A stretch of 64,000 nucleotides of DNA from NCBI GenBank assembly GCA_040767195.1, contig JAXGPA010000005.1:81426-145425 (forward strand), in the 5' to 3' direction. Position numbers and translations under genes: made by a program. The stretch's first letter is position 1, and every line of letters starts with the position of its first letter. Below, piece by piece: positions 9,465-18,100 of the stretch. The stretch is from Syntrophales bacterium. GTDB taxonomy: Bacteria; Desulfobacterota; Syntrophia; Syntrophales; UBA6807. A model generated the notes under the pieces. The model was not told the origin of the DNA. It saw only the letters and a program-made list of their open reading frames with translations, and did no database searches.

Positions 9465-10269
9465 GGGAAATAAAGCGAACCGTTTTGACCGACGCCAGAA
9501 GGAGGGCGCCCACGAGGATGATTGCCGCTCCCGACGGAAGGTTAGTGATGTAGGAAACGGCCAGTCCCGCCGTGCACATGACCGTTCCCGTCAGCGCCGA
9601 GAGACCCATGAGGCCCGGGAAACGAATGGTAAGTTCCCGCGCCACCGCCACGGGAAGCGTGAGAAGGGCGAGGACGAGGATGATCCCCACCACCTGGATC
9701 AGGGTCACGATGGTCAGGGCCACGAGCACCAGAAGTCCCGAGTGAAGCGCCTTTACGGGCAGGCCTCTCGCCTGGGCGAATTCCTCGTCCAGGGCGATGG
9801 CGACGAATCCCCTGAAAAAGATGAAGACGGAAAAAAGGACCACCGTTGCGAGAGCGGCTGCCAGGAGGAGGTCCGACCGGGGAACCAGCAGGATGTTGCC
9901 GAACAGGAAGGTCATGAGATTGGGCACGTATCCCGGGGTCAGCTGGATGAAGACGATCCCCAGGGCCATCCCGACGGCCCAGAGAATGCCGATGTAAAGG
10001 TCGCTCTCCTCCGTTTCCTTCCTTCCTGAAAAAGCGAGAGCCAGGGCGGCGAGAAGGGTGAACACCAGGGCTCCGTAAAGGGGGTTCACCCCGAGCCAGA
10101 AGGCGATGCCCATGCCCCCGAAGGCCGAGTGGCTCATGCTTCCCCCGATGAAAACCATTTTCCGGGTGACCACGAAGGGGCCGATGACACCGCACAGGAG
10201 GCTGGCCAGAACACCGGCCGCCAGGGCGTTCTGCATGAATTCATAGGACAGAAGGTTCGGGAGAGGCAT
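9433..10269 (-). CDS. znuB: Zn/Mn ABC transporter permease
   Basis: FMQNAL.AG, SH.AFGG, LFGNIL, VGIILV.ALL; multi-TM; same operon as the ATPase and binding protein. Confidence 0.9.
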   Translation of the reverse strand: MPLPNLLSYEFMQNALAAGVLASLLCGVIGPFVVTRKMVFIGGSMSHSAFGGMGIAFWLGVNPLYGALVFTLLAALALAFSGRKETEESDLYIGILWAVGMALGIVFIQLTPGYVPNLMTFLFGNILLVPRSDLLLAAALATVVLFSVFIFFRGFVAIALDEEFAQARGLPVKALHSGLLVLVALTIVTLIQVVGIILVLALLTLPVAVARELTIRFPGLMGLSALTGTVMCTAGLAVSYITNLPSGAAIILVGALLLASVKTVRFISLRKRGGRAVP

Positions 10270-11025
10270 CTATCGATTCCCGCCGCTGTCGTGGTCCCGG
10301 AGGAGGGTGTGGGGAATGCCGTGGCCGAGAAGCGCCACGGGACACCCGTAAAGCATCTCCAGGGTGTGGCTGTCCAGTTCCCCCTGTCCGTGGAGAAAGG
10401 TCTTCCTGTTGACACACAGGATGTGCTTGTAGGTTCGGGCGAAGGGCGTCGGGTCATGGGTTACGACAATAACGGCCATATCCTTGTTCAGCCTTTCCAG
10501 GAAGTCCAGGAGGCTTTCCCGGGCGGTGATGTCCATGGACGCCGTGGGCTCATCGAGGAAGAGAACCAGGGGGTCGGAGACCAGGGCCCTGGCGATGAGG
10601 GCCCTTTGAAGCTGCCCCCCGGACAGGCGGGCGATCCGCTCTTCCCTTTTTTCCTGAAGCCCGACGTTTTCAATCATCTCGAGAGCCCGCTCCCGGTGGG
10701 ACGGGTGTTTCGCGGAAAGATAGGTGCTTCCGCTCACCAGGCCCGTCAACACCATGTCGAGAACGGAAATGGGGAAATTCCTGTTCAGGGTGGCGTACTG
10801 GGGCACGTACCCCATTCTTTCGGCGAGCCCCTGCCGCAGGGTGACGGAACCGCTCCAGGGTTTTTCGATCCCCAGGATCAGCTTGAGGAGCGTCGTCTTC
10901 CCGCCGCCGTTGGGGCCGATGACGAGGATGTAATCTCTTTCCGTGATCCGGAAGGTCACGTTTTCGAGAACGGGGTGCTCCTCGTAGCCGAAGGTGACGT
11001 CCCGGAGCTCGACGAGGGTTTTCAT
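10270..11025 (-). CDS. znuC: Zn/Mn ABC transporter ATP-binding protein
   Basis: GPNGGGKTT, GYVPQ, LSGGQLQR, LDEPT, VTHD. Confidence 0.9.
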   Translation of the reverse strand: MKTLVELRDVTFGYEEHPVLENVTFRITERDYILVIGPNGGGKTTLLKLILGIEKPWSGSVTLRQGLAERMGYVPQYATLNRNFPISVLDMVLTGLVSGSTYLSAKHPSHRERALEMIENVGLQEKREERIARLSGGQLQRALIARALVSDPLVLFLDEPTASMDITARESLLDFLERLNKDMAVIVVTHDPTPFARTYKHILCVNRKTFLHGQGELDSHTLEMLYGCPVALLGHGIPHTLLRDHDSGGNR

Positions 11026-11951
11026 CGGAGGGTCCTTTGCAGCGCCTCGGAGAACCGCTTCAGGTTTTCCAGCCAGTCTTTTTCCAGGGGGTCCATCTCC
11101 ACGACTTCCCCGCCCGTTTCCCCGGCGATGAGCCGGGCGCTTTTCGTATCGAAGCCCTTCTGGACGAAAATGACGGGGATGTCCTTTTCCCGGGCGAGAT
11201 CGATCATCGCCCGGATCCGGGAGATGGGGGGCGTTTTGCCTTCTTCTTCCAGGGCGATCTGCTCGAGGCCGTACGCATCGGCGAAATACCCCCAGGCGGG
11301 ATGGTAGACCATGAAGGAAAGGCCTTCCTTTCCCCGCAGGGTGTACCGGATTTCCCTGTCGAGGCTGTCGATTTCGGCCTGGAAACGGTCCCGGTTGGCC
11401 TGGTAGAAGCCTTCGCCGGCGGGGTCTATTTCGGAAAGGGCCTTTGAGATCCGCCCGGCGGCGGCCCGGACAATGGCGGGGGAAAGCCAGACGTGCGGAT
11501 CCGGTTCACCGTCCCCGTGATCGCCGCTGTCGCCCCTTTCACCCTTTCCATCCGCCCCGTCTTCGTGCCGGTGTGACGTTTCTCGCCGGAAAGAGATGCC
11601 TTCGGAGAGGCTTATCACCCGGATGTCCCTGTTTCTTTTCAGAAGGGGGTCGACGTATTTTTTTTCGAAGATGAAGGACGGAACGCCGACCTTCACGTAG
11701 AGGGCCGACTGTTCCAGGCCGATCATCTGGCGGGGGGTCGGTTCGTACGTGGCGGGTGATGAGAACCGGGGAACCATGGTCTGGACGACGACCCGGTCTC
11801 CCCCGATCTTCTCCACGAAAAAGGCCTGGGGCGGAACGCTCACGGTTACGGGAATTTTTTTTATTTCACAGGCACCGCTTCCGGGAAATGCAACCAGAAA
11901 GAGGGTGGTCCAAACCGCGATGAAGAAACCCGTTTTGGCGGCGGCACCCAT
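11022..11951 (-). CDS. znuA: Zinc ABC transporter substrate-binding protein
   Basis: YEPTP, His/Asp/Gly-rich loop, DPHVWLSP, HPAWGYFA..YGL. Confidence 0.9.
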   Translation of the reverse strand: MGAAAKTGFFIAVWTTLFLVAFPGSGACEIKKIPVTVSVPPQAFFVEKIGGDRVVVQTMVPRFSSPATYEPTPRQMIGLEQSALYVKVGVPSFIFEKKYVDPLLKRNRDIRVISLSEGISFRRETSHRHEDGADGKGERGDSGDHGDGEPDPHVWLSPAIVRAAAGRISKALSEIDPAGEGFYQANRDRFQAEIDSLDREIRYTLRGKEGLSFMVYHPAWGYFADAYGLEQIALEEEGKTPPISRIRAMIDLAREKDIPVIFVQKGFDTKSARLIAGETGGEVVEMDPLEKDWLENLKRFSEALQRTLR

Positions 11952-11955
11952 CGTT

Positions 11956-12405
11956 TCATTCCTTTCGGCGGGAGGAGCAGGGCCTGCTGCACCGCTCGCA
12001 GAGGCCCGTCAGGCTGATGACGAGGTTTTTGAAGGAGAACGCCTCGGGGAGGGTGATCCACCGGTTGACCGATTCCATGGAAAGAGGGGCCAGGCAGGTC
12101 ATGGATCGGCAGCAGGTGCAGTAAAAGTGAGGATGAAAGGGATTGTGCCGGCAGGCTATCTCGTAGTAGTTGGTCCCGGAAGCCGTAGGGATTTCCCGGA
12201 CAAGCCTCTTGTCCCGCAGGGTGTTCAGCGTGCGGTAGATGGTCGCCCGGTCCATTTTCAGCCCTTCCGCCACGAGGTCGTTCACCGCCACGGGTGCCGC
12301 CGCCCCGATGAGCGCTTCCAGCACGGCGATCCGTGGCGCTGTCCTGGAAAGCCCCTTTTCACGGAGAAGTTCCGTGGGATCGCACTGTTCGTCCATGGGA
12401 ACCAT
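11956..12405 (-). CDS. zur: Fur-family repressor, Zur by context
   Basis: GL..T..R.AVL, ATIYRTL, HPHFYC..C, GLCERC; first gene of the znu operon. Confidence 0.8.
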   Translation of the reverse strand: MVPMDEQCDPTELLREKGLSRTAPRIAVLEALIGAAAPVAVNDLVAEGLKMDRATIYRTLNTLRDKRLVREIPTASGTNYYEIACRHNPFHPHFYCTCCRSMTCLAPLSMESVNRWITLPEAFSFKNLVISLTGLCERCSRPCSSRRKE

Positions 12406-12424
12406 TTAATATTCTGTATCATAA

Positions 12425-12450
12425 ATGCAATTAGTTTGCAAATATTTGCA
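12425..12450. promoter_or_regulatory. Candidate Zur operator (overlapping TGCAA-N-TTGCA palindromes)
   Basis: ATGCAATTAGTTTGCAA (12425-12441) overlaps the perfect palindrome TGCAAATATTTGCA (12437-12450), 20 bp upstream of zur-znuACB. Confidence 0.65.
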
Positions 12451-12523
12451 GAAAGGTCGATTTTTTTCCCTGTCGGTGTTATGAACACGGCAAAATGACG
12501 ATTATGGCTCAAGGAGACGTAAC

Positions 12524-15448
12524 ATGACGGTCTTGCACCATTTCGATAAAGCGGGGGAGCGGGAAATCCCGGAACTGGCCGCCCGGGGGTCCTGGTACCG
12601 GCACCGGCAGACGGGCGCGGAGGTCCTTTCCATGGAAACAAGGGATGAAAACAAGGTTTTCGGGGTCACTTTCCGGACGCCCCCCGCCGACGGAACGGGC
12701 CTGCCCCACATCCTCGAGCACGCCGTTCTCTGCGGCTCCCGAAAATATCCTGTCAAGGAACCCTTCGTCGAGATCCTGAAAGGATCGCTTCAGACGTTCC
12801 TCAACGCCTTCACCTATCCCGACAAGACCTGCTATCCCGTTGCGAGCCAGAATCTCAAGGATTTCTACAATCTTGTCGATGTTTACCTGGACGCCGTGTT
12901 TTATCCCCGCCTTTCCCCCCACATCTTCAGTCAGGAGGGCTGGCATTACGAACTGGAGAACGAGGAAGGGCCCCTGGCCGTCGGGGGGGTCGTCCTGAAC
13001 GAGATGCGGGGCGCCCATGCCTCTCCGGAGCGTCAGCTGGGCGTCTGGTCCCAGAAATCCCTTTTCCCCGACACGCCCTACGGGTTCGATTCGGGGGGGG
13101 ATCCCGAAGAGATACCCCGGCTGACCTACGAAAAATTCATCCGGTTCCACCGCACCTTCTATCACCCCTCGAACGCCCGGTTCTTTTTTTACGGCGACGA
13201 CGATCCGGAAAAGCGCCTCTCCATCGTTCACGAATACGTGAAAGACTTCCGCCGCCGGGACGTTCCTTCCGGGGTTTCCCTCCAGAGGCCCTTTTCGTCG
13301 CCCCGGCGGGTCGTCCGGCCCTTCCCCGCCGGGAACGGGATGGCAGCGGCACCCAAGGGGTTCATGACCGTGAACTGGCTTCTTTCAGAAACGGGGGATG
13401 TGAATCTGAACCTCGCCTTCCACGTTCTTTCCCATATCCTTGTCGGTATGCCCGCCTCGCCGCTCCGGAAGGCCCTCATCGACTCGGGACTGGGAGAGGA
13501 TCTCGCCAGTTCAGGCCTGGAGGGGGAACTCAGGCAGCTCTATTTTTCCGTCGGTCTCCGGGGAATGGACCCCGGGCGGGAGAAGGAGCTGGAGACCCTT
13601 ATATTCGGGACCCTGGACCGTCTCGTCCGGGACGGCATCGATCCCGCTACCGTGGAGGCCTCCCTCAACACGGTGGAATTCCGCCTTCGGGAGAACAACA
13701 CGGGAACGTACCCCCGGGGTCTTGTTCTCATGCTCCGGGCCCTCACCACCTGGCTGTACGACGGCGATCCCTTTCTTCTCCTTTCCTTCGAAGGACCTCT
13801 GGCCGCCCTCCGTTCGGCCCTGGAGAAGAACCCCCGTCACTTTGAAGAACTCATCGCCCGGTGGCTCGTTGACAACCGCCACCGGAGCACGGTCCTTCTC
13901 GTTCCCGAAGAGGGGCTTGCAAGGAAGGAGGAACAGGCGAGGGAGGACGCCCTTCGCCAGGAGCTGGGACCGATGAACCGGGAAGAACGGGCCGGAATCA
14001 TCGCAGAAACGGAAAAACTCCGGGAGGCGCAGAACACCCCTGACCGGCCGGAAGACCTGGCGACGATTCCCGTCCTCCGCCTGGACGACCTGGACCGCCG
14101 GGGCCGGGACATCCCCCTCTCGATCGTGAACCGGGCGGCCCCGACCCTTCTTTTCCATGACATCCAGACGAACGGGGTCTGCTACGTCGATCTGGCTTTC
14201 GACCTCTCCGTCCTTCCCGACGCGCTCCTGACCTGGGTTCCCCTCTTCGGCCGGGCCCTTCTCGAGTCGGGAACGGAACGGGAGGACGAGGTGCGTCTTT
14301 CCCAGCGGATCAGTCGCCTGACAGGGGGGATCCGCACCGCTTTCGTCGCGTCCCAGGGAAGGGACGGGAACGGCCCCGTCCTCCGCCTCGTCCTTCGCGG
14401 AAAAGCCCTGGAGGACAAGATCCCCCACCTGTTCGCCATTTTTGAGGACATCCTCACCATGCCCCGCCTGGATAACCGGGAACGTTTCAGGAAAACGGTC
14501 CTGGAGCAGAAGGCCCGGATGGAGCAGACACTCATCCCCTCGGGGCACCAGTTCATCAACACCCGTCTTCGCTCCGCCTTCAACCGGGCCGGGTTCGTGT
14601 CGGAGTGCCTTTCCGGCCTGAACCAGGTCCTTTTTCTCAGGGATCTCGCCGGGAGGGTGGATGAGGACTGGCCGTCCGTTCTGGGATCCCTGCGGCGGAT
14701 CATGGGTCTTCTGGTGAACGGGAAACGATCCCTTGTCAACGTGACCATGCCCTCGAAGGCCTGGAACGCCCTGGAGCGGTTAAGCTACGGCCTGACAGCG
14801 GCCCTTCCCCCGGGAGAGGAAGAACCGTCCCCCGCGTCCCCGGCGGCCGTCCCGGCTGGGAAAAACGAGGGTTTCGGGATTCCCGCTTCCGTTTACTACG
14901 TGGGGAAGGGGATGAACCTTCACGAGAGAGGGTACGTCTTTCACGGGTCGGCACGGGTCATCAGCCGGTACCTCCGCAACTCGTGGCTCTGGGACCAGGT
15001 CCGGGTCCGGGGGGGTGCGTACGGGGCCTTCTGCCTCTATGACGGTTTCAGCGGTGTGGTGACGCTCCTGTCCTACCGGGACCCCCATTTTTCGGGAACG
15101 CTCCGTGTCTTCGACGGGGCCGGGGATTTTCTGATAAACACCCCCCTGTCACGGGAAGAACAGGCCAAGGCGATCATCGGGGCCATCGGGGACGAGGATT
15201 CTTATCTCCTTCCCGATGCTCAAGGGTACACGTCCATGGTTCGCCACCTGGCCGGGGTCACCGGCGAATACCGCCAGTCGGTCCGCGGGGAGATCTTTTC
15301 CACGTCGCCGGATCACTTCAGGGAGTTCGGACGGCATCTGAAGATGCTGAAAGATTTCGGGACTGTTTCGGTTATGGGACCGGAGAGGGGGATCCGGGAG
15401 GCGTCGGACCGGGAAGCGCTCGGCCTGGCCGTGAGGCCGGTGCTGTAG
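12524..15448 (+). CDS. Insulinase family M16C metallopeptidase (presequence protease-like)
   Basis: Inverted zinc motif HILEH, GSRKYPVKEPF, FLNAFTYPDKTCYP, VRVRGGAYGA, SYRDP. Confidence 0.92.
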   Translation: MTVLHHFDKAGEREIPELAARGSWYRHRQTGAEVLSMETRDENKVFGVTFRTPPADGTGLPHILEHAVLCGSRKYPVKEPFVEILKGSLQTFLNAFTYPDKTCYPVASQNLKDFYNLVDVYLDAVFYPRLSPHIFSQEGWHYELENEEGPLAVGGVVLNEMRGAHASPERQLGVWSQKSLFPDTPYGFDSGGDPEEIPRLTYEKFIRFHRTFYHPSNARFFFYGDDDPEKRLSIVHEYVKDFRRRDVPSGVSLQRPFSSPRRVVRPFPAGNGMAAAPKGFMTVNWLLSETGDVNLNLAFHVLSHILVGMPASPLRKALIDSGLGEDLASSGLEGELRQLYFSVGLRGMDPGREKELETLIFGTLDRLVRDGIDPATVEASLNTVEFRLRENNTGTYPRGLVLMLRALTTWLYDGDPFLLLSFEGPLAALRSALEKNPRHFEELIARWLVDNRHRSTVLLVPEEGLARKEEQAREDALRQELGPMNREERAGIIAETEKLREAQNTPDRPEDLATIPVLRLDDLDRRGRDIPLSIVNRAAPTLLFHDIQTNGVCYVDLAFDLSVLPDALLTWVPLFGRALLESGTEREDEVRLSQRISRLTGGIRTAFVASQGRDGNGPVLRLVLRGKALEDKIPHLFAIFEDILTMPRLDNRERFRKTVLEQKARMEQTLIPSGHQFINTRLRSAFNRAGFVSECLSGLNQVLFLRDLAGRVDEDWPSVLGSLRRIMGLLVNGKRSLVNVTMPSKAWNALERLSYGLTAALPPGEEEPSPASPAAVPAGKNEGFGIPASVYYVGKGMNLHERGYVFHGSARVISRYLRNSWLWDQVRVRGGAYGAFCLYDGFSGVVTLLSYRDPHFSGTLRVFDGAGDFLINTPLSREEQAKAIIGAIGDEDSYLLPDAQGYTSMVRHLAGVTGEYRQSVRGEIFSTSPDHFREFGRHLKMLKDFGTVSVMGPERGIREASDREALGLAVRPVL

Positions 15449-16067
15449 TGCCGTTTTCCCGGCCCGCCACGATGAGCCGGTATTCACCCTGGAACCATTC
15501 CCGTTTCAGGAGGCGGTCTTCCAGGACGGCGAGATCCCGCCCCCGGAGGAGCTTGAAGAAGTCCTTCTCGTAGGTGACCCTCCCGAAATCGATGGTTGTC
15601 ACGTACTTGAGGCGGGGCTTCACGAGTTCCATGAACCACGACCGTTTCCTGAACATGGTCTGAAAGAAGACCACCTTTCCCTCGGGATTCAGCCACGGGC
15701 CGACCCTGTCCAGCACGAGGGCCTGGTCCCGGAAAAGCATGAAGCTCATGCTGAAGAGGATGTAGTCGAAAAGAGAGCCGTTGACGGGCGTGAAATCCTC
15801 CACCGCCGCATGGTGCACACGGATCTGGTCCGACAGGCCGTATTCCCCGATCAGCTCCCGGCAATGGGCGAGATACTTCTCGTTGAGATCGATGCCCTCG
15901 ATCCGGAGCCCCTTTTCACGGATGAGGGCGTGGTGCTCCCTGATCATGATGCCGTTTCCGATGCCCACGTCGAGGATCACCGATCCCCGGGGAAAGTATT
16001 CGAGGCAGTTTCCGTAGCAGAGATTGGTGACGCCGTCGATGAAAAAGGCGTACAAGTGATTTTTCAT
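15372..16067 (-). CDS. Class I SAM-dependent methyltransferase
   Basis: ILDVGIGNG, GIDL, FDYILFS; 3' end overlaps the convergent peptidase gene. Confidence 0.8.
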   Translation of the reverse strand: MKNHLYAFFIDGVTNLCYGNCLEYFPRGSVILDVGIGNGIMIREHHALIREKGLRIEGIDLNEKYLAHCRELIGEYGLSDQIRVHHAAVEDFTPVNGSLFDYILFSMSFMLFRDQALVLDRVGPWLNPEGKVVFFQTMFRKRSWFMELVKPRLKYVTTIDFGRVTYEKDFFKLLRGRDLAVLEDRLLKREWFQGEYRLIVAGRENGTTAPASRPGRALPGPTPPGSPSPVP

Positions 16068-16273
16068 GCCCGTCTCCGGAAGAGTCTCACGATCCGCCGA
16101 CACCTCCTGGGGATGCCGGGGACAATGAGCGCATTAAAATCATCTACCACAGATCCCCGGGATGAACAATAAAAAAGGGCCGTTGATTGTTGCGGGGATA
16201 CGGACCGGACCTGAATCCGCTTTCGACGGGGACGCCGCGACCCGCCGCCGCTGCGGGAGTGACGGCCGAGGCT

Positions 16274-17422
16274 TCAGATGTAGTTGTGCATGATCCGGTG
16301 AAGGTCCCGGTCCAGTTCTCCCGGGTCTCCCGCCTTGTACCCGTCTATGGCCCCCTTGAGAATGCCGTAGACCCGGCGGTCGGACAGGTCCTCGAGACTC
16401 CGGTAGATGCCTTTCCGTCTTCCCAGGCGGTAGACCAGGCGGTCGTCCTCGGGAAGGGCGAAATAGCCGTCGATGATGCCGAGAAGCCTGTCCCGTTCTT
16501 CGGGGAGCTTCCCCTCCAGTTCCTCCAGGAGATTCAGGATGTGATCGCTTACGACACGGCTCTCGATGCCCTCCAGGTTCGCGATGAGAAGACGGATTTC
16601 CCGGACCACTTCCTCGTCGTGGAGGGGGGTGAACAGGCCCTCCTTCATCATGCCGTAGAGCGCCGTGCCTCTTCTGACCTGGAGAGATCGGAGCCGAATG
16701 AAATCGGGGTTAATGGCGTTGAGCACCCGTGCCGTTTCCAGGGCATTTTCCCGGGACCAGCGGGTTCCCCCCAGCCCGGGGATGATGTACTCGGAAAGGG
16801 AAAGGCCCGACGCGACGATGCGACGGCCCCCCTCGATGTGCTCCTCCGCTGTGACGCCCTTCCTGATGAACTCGAGGACGGGGTCGTAGCCTGATTCCAG
16901 GCCGATGTGAATCCGGTTGAGCCCCGCTTCCTTGAGCCTCCGGAATTCTTCTACCGATTTCCGGCAGGCCGTCTTGGAACGGCAGTAGGATGTGATCCGG
17001 GTGACCTGGGGGAACGTCTCCCTGAGATAAGTGAGGATGTCGACCAGATCATCCGTTTTCACGATGATCGAGTTGGCGTCCTGGAGAAAGACCGACTCCC
17101 CCCCATAATAGAGCCAGGCGGCGATGCTCCTGTAGGAATCGTTGTACAGGCCTTCGTTACGGAAAATTCCGTCGATCACCGCTTCGGAAACGGCTCCGCC
17201 TTCCCCCATTTTCCAGGAGATTCGCCCGATGTCGTCGGCGATCCGCCGGGCCTCGTCGATATCCTTCCGGACATCTTCAACGGATCGGAGGCCGAACTTC
17301 CGGTCGTGATAGGAATGGCAGAAGGCGCACTTGTTCCACGGGCAGTTCCGGGTCACCCGGAGAAGAAGGCTCTTTGCCTCGCTGGGCGGCCGGATAGGGC
17401 CCTGTTCGAAAGAAAAATTCAT
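16274..17422 (-). CDS. Radical SAM protein
   Basis: IRPPSEA.S.LL.VT, CPWNKCAFC, FLQDAN, IGLESG. Confidence 0.88.
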   Translation of the reverse strand: MNFSFEQGPIRPPSEAKSLLLRVTRNCPWNKCAFCHSYHDRKFGLRSVEDVRKDIDEARRIADDIGRISWKMGEGGAVSEAVIDGIFRNEGLYNDSYRSIAAWLYYGGESVFLQDANSIIVKTDDLVDILTYLRETFPQVTRITSYCRSKTACRKSVEEFRRLKEAGLNRIHIGLESGYDPVLEFIRKGVTAEEHIEGGRRIVASGLSLSEYIIPGLGGTRWSRENALETARVLNAINPDFIRLRSLQVRRGTALYGMMKEGLFTPLHDEEVVREIRLLIANLEGIESRVVSDHILNLLEELEGKLPEERDRLLGIIDGYFALPEDDRLVYRLGRRKGIYRSLEDLSDRRVYGILKGAIDGYKAGDPGELDRDLHRIMHNYI

Positions 17423-17535
17423 CGTTTATTCAACCTTGAAGATTGTTTTTTCATTACTTTTACGAATAATAATCATGGAATGGCCCATTGGCAAGGCTGC
17501 CCCGCCCCGATGGGCAAAAGGAGGTACCGGGGTTT

Positions 17536-18066
17536 TCAGGCCAGTGACTTCAGGGTTTCGGCAAACACCTGGTAGGTTTTATCGTCGAAAAGGACGAACC
17601 GGACCTCTTCGATCCCGTCCTCTTCCCTCAGAAAATCCATGACCGTTCCGAGGGCGATCCGCGCCCCTTCTTCCGGCGGGTAGCCGTAGACGCCCATGCT
17701 GATCGCCGGAAAGGAAAGGCTTTTCAACCCTCTTTCGGAGGCCCTCTTCAGACTTTCCCGGTAGGCGCTTCTCAGGAGGGCCGCCTCCCCATGGGTGCCG
17801 CCCCGATACACCGGTCCCACGGTGTGGATCACGTACCGGGCCTTCAGGTTTCCCCCGGTAGTCACCACGGCCTGGCCGGTGGGACAGAATCCGATCCTCC
17901 GGCACGCTTCCATGATGGCCGGCCCCCCGGCCCGGTGAATGGCCCCGTCGACACCGCCGCCGCCCCGGAGTCCCGAGTTGGCGGCGTTGACCAGGGCGTC
18001 CGTCGTTTCTTTCGTGATGTCACCCTGGACAAGGGACAGGGTGGCTTTGTTGACGGTAACTTTCAT
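17536..18066 (-). CDS. Macrodomain O-acetyl-ADP-ribose deacetylase (YmdB-like)
   Basis: GDIT, VNAAN, GGGGVDGAIH.AGG, VIHTVGP, FPAIS.GVYGYP; GGAGG RBS before ATG at 18066. Confidence 0.92.
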   Translation of the reverse strand: MKVTVNKATLSLVQGDITKETTDALVNAANSGLRGGGGVDGAIHRAGGPAIMEACRRIGFCPTGQAVVTTGGNLKARYVIHTVGPVYRGGTHGEAALLRSAYRESLKRASERGLKSLSFPAISMGVYGYPPEEGARIALGTVMDFLREEDGIEEVRFVLFDDKTYQVFAETLKSLA

Positions 18067-18100
18067 GACATCACCTCCCCCGTTCGCTCTGGCTGCTTTT

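Noticed and set aside
15372..15448. 77-bp convergent overlap of the peptidase and methyltransferase 3' ends (also 9433-9464 and 38541-38552)
   Set aside because: Low-complexity tail extensions of convergent genes are common in GC-rich genomes
16205..16260. TTTCGACGGGGAC resembling the tmRNA 5' end
   Set aside because: No tRNA-like acceptor stem, tag ORF or 3' CCA end, and the gap is too short
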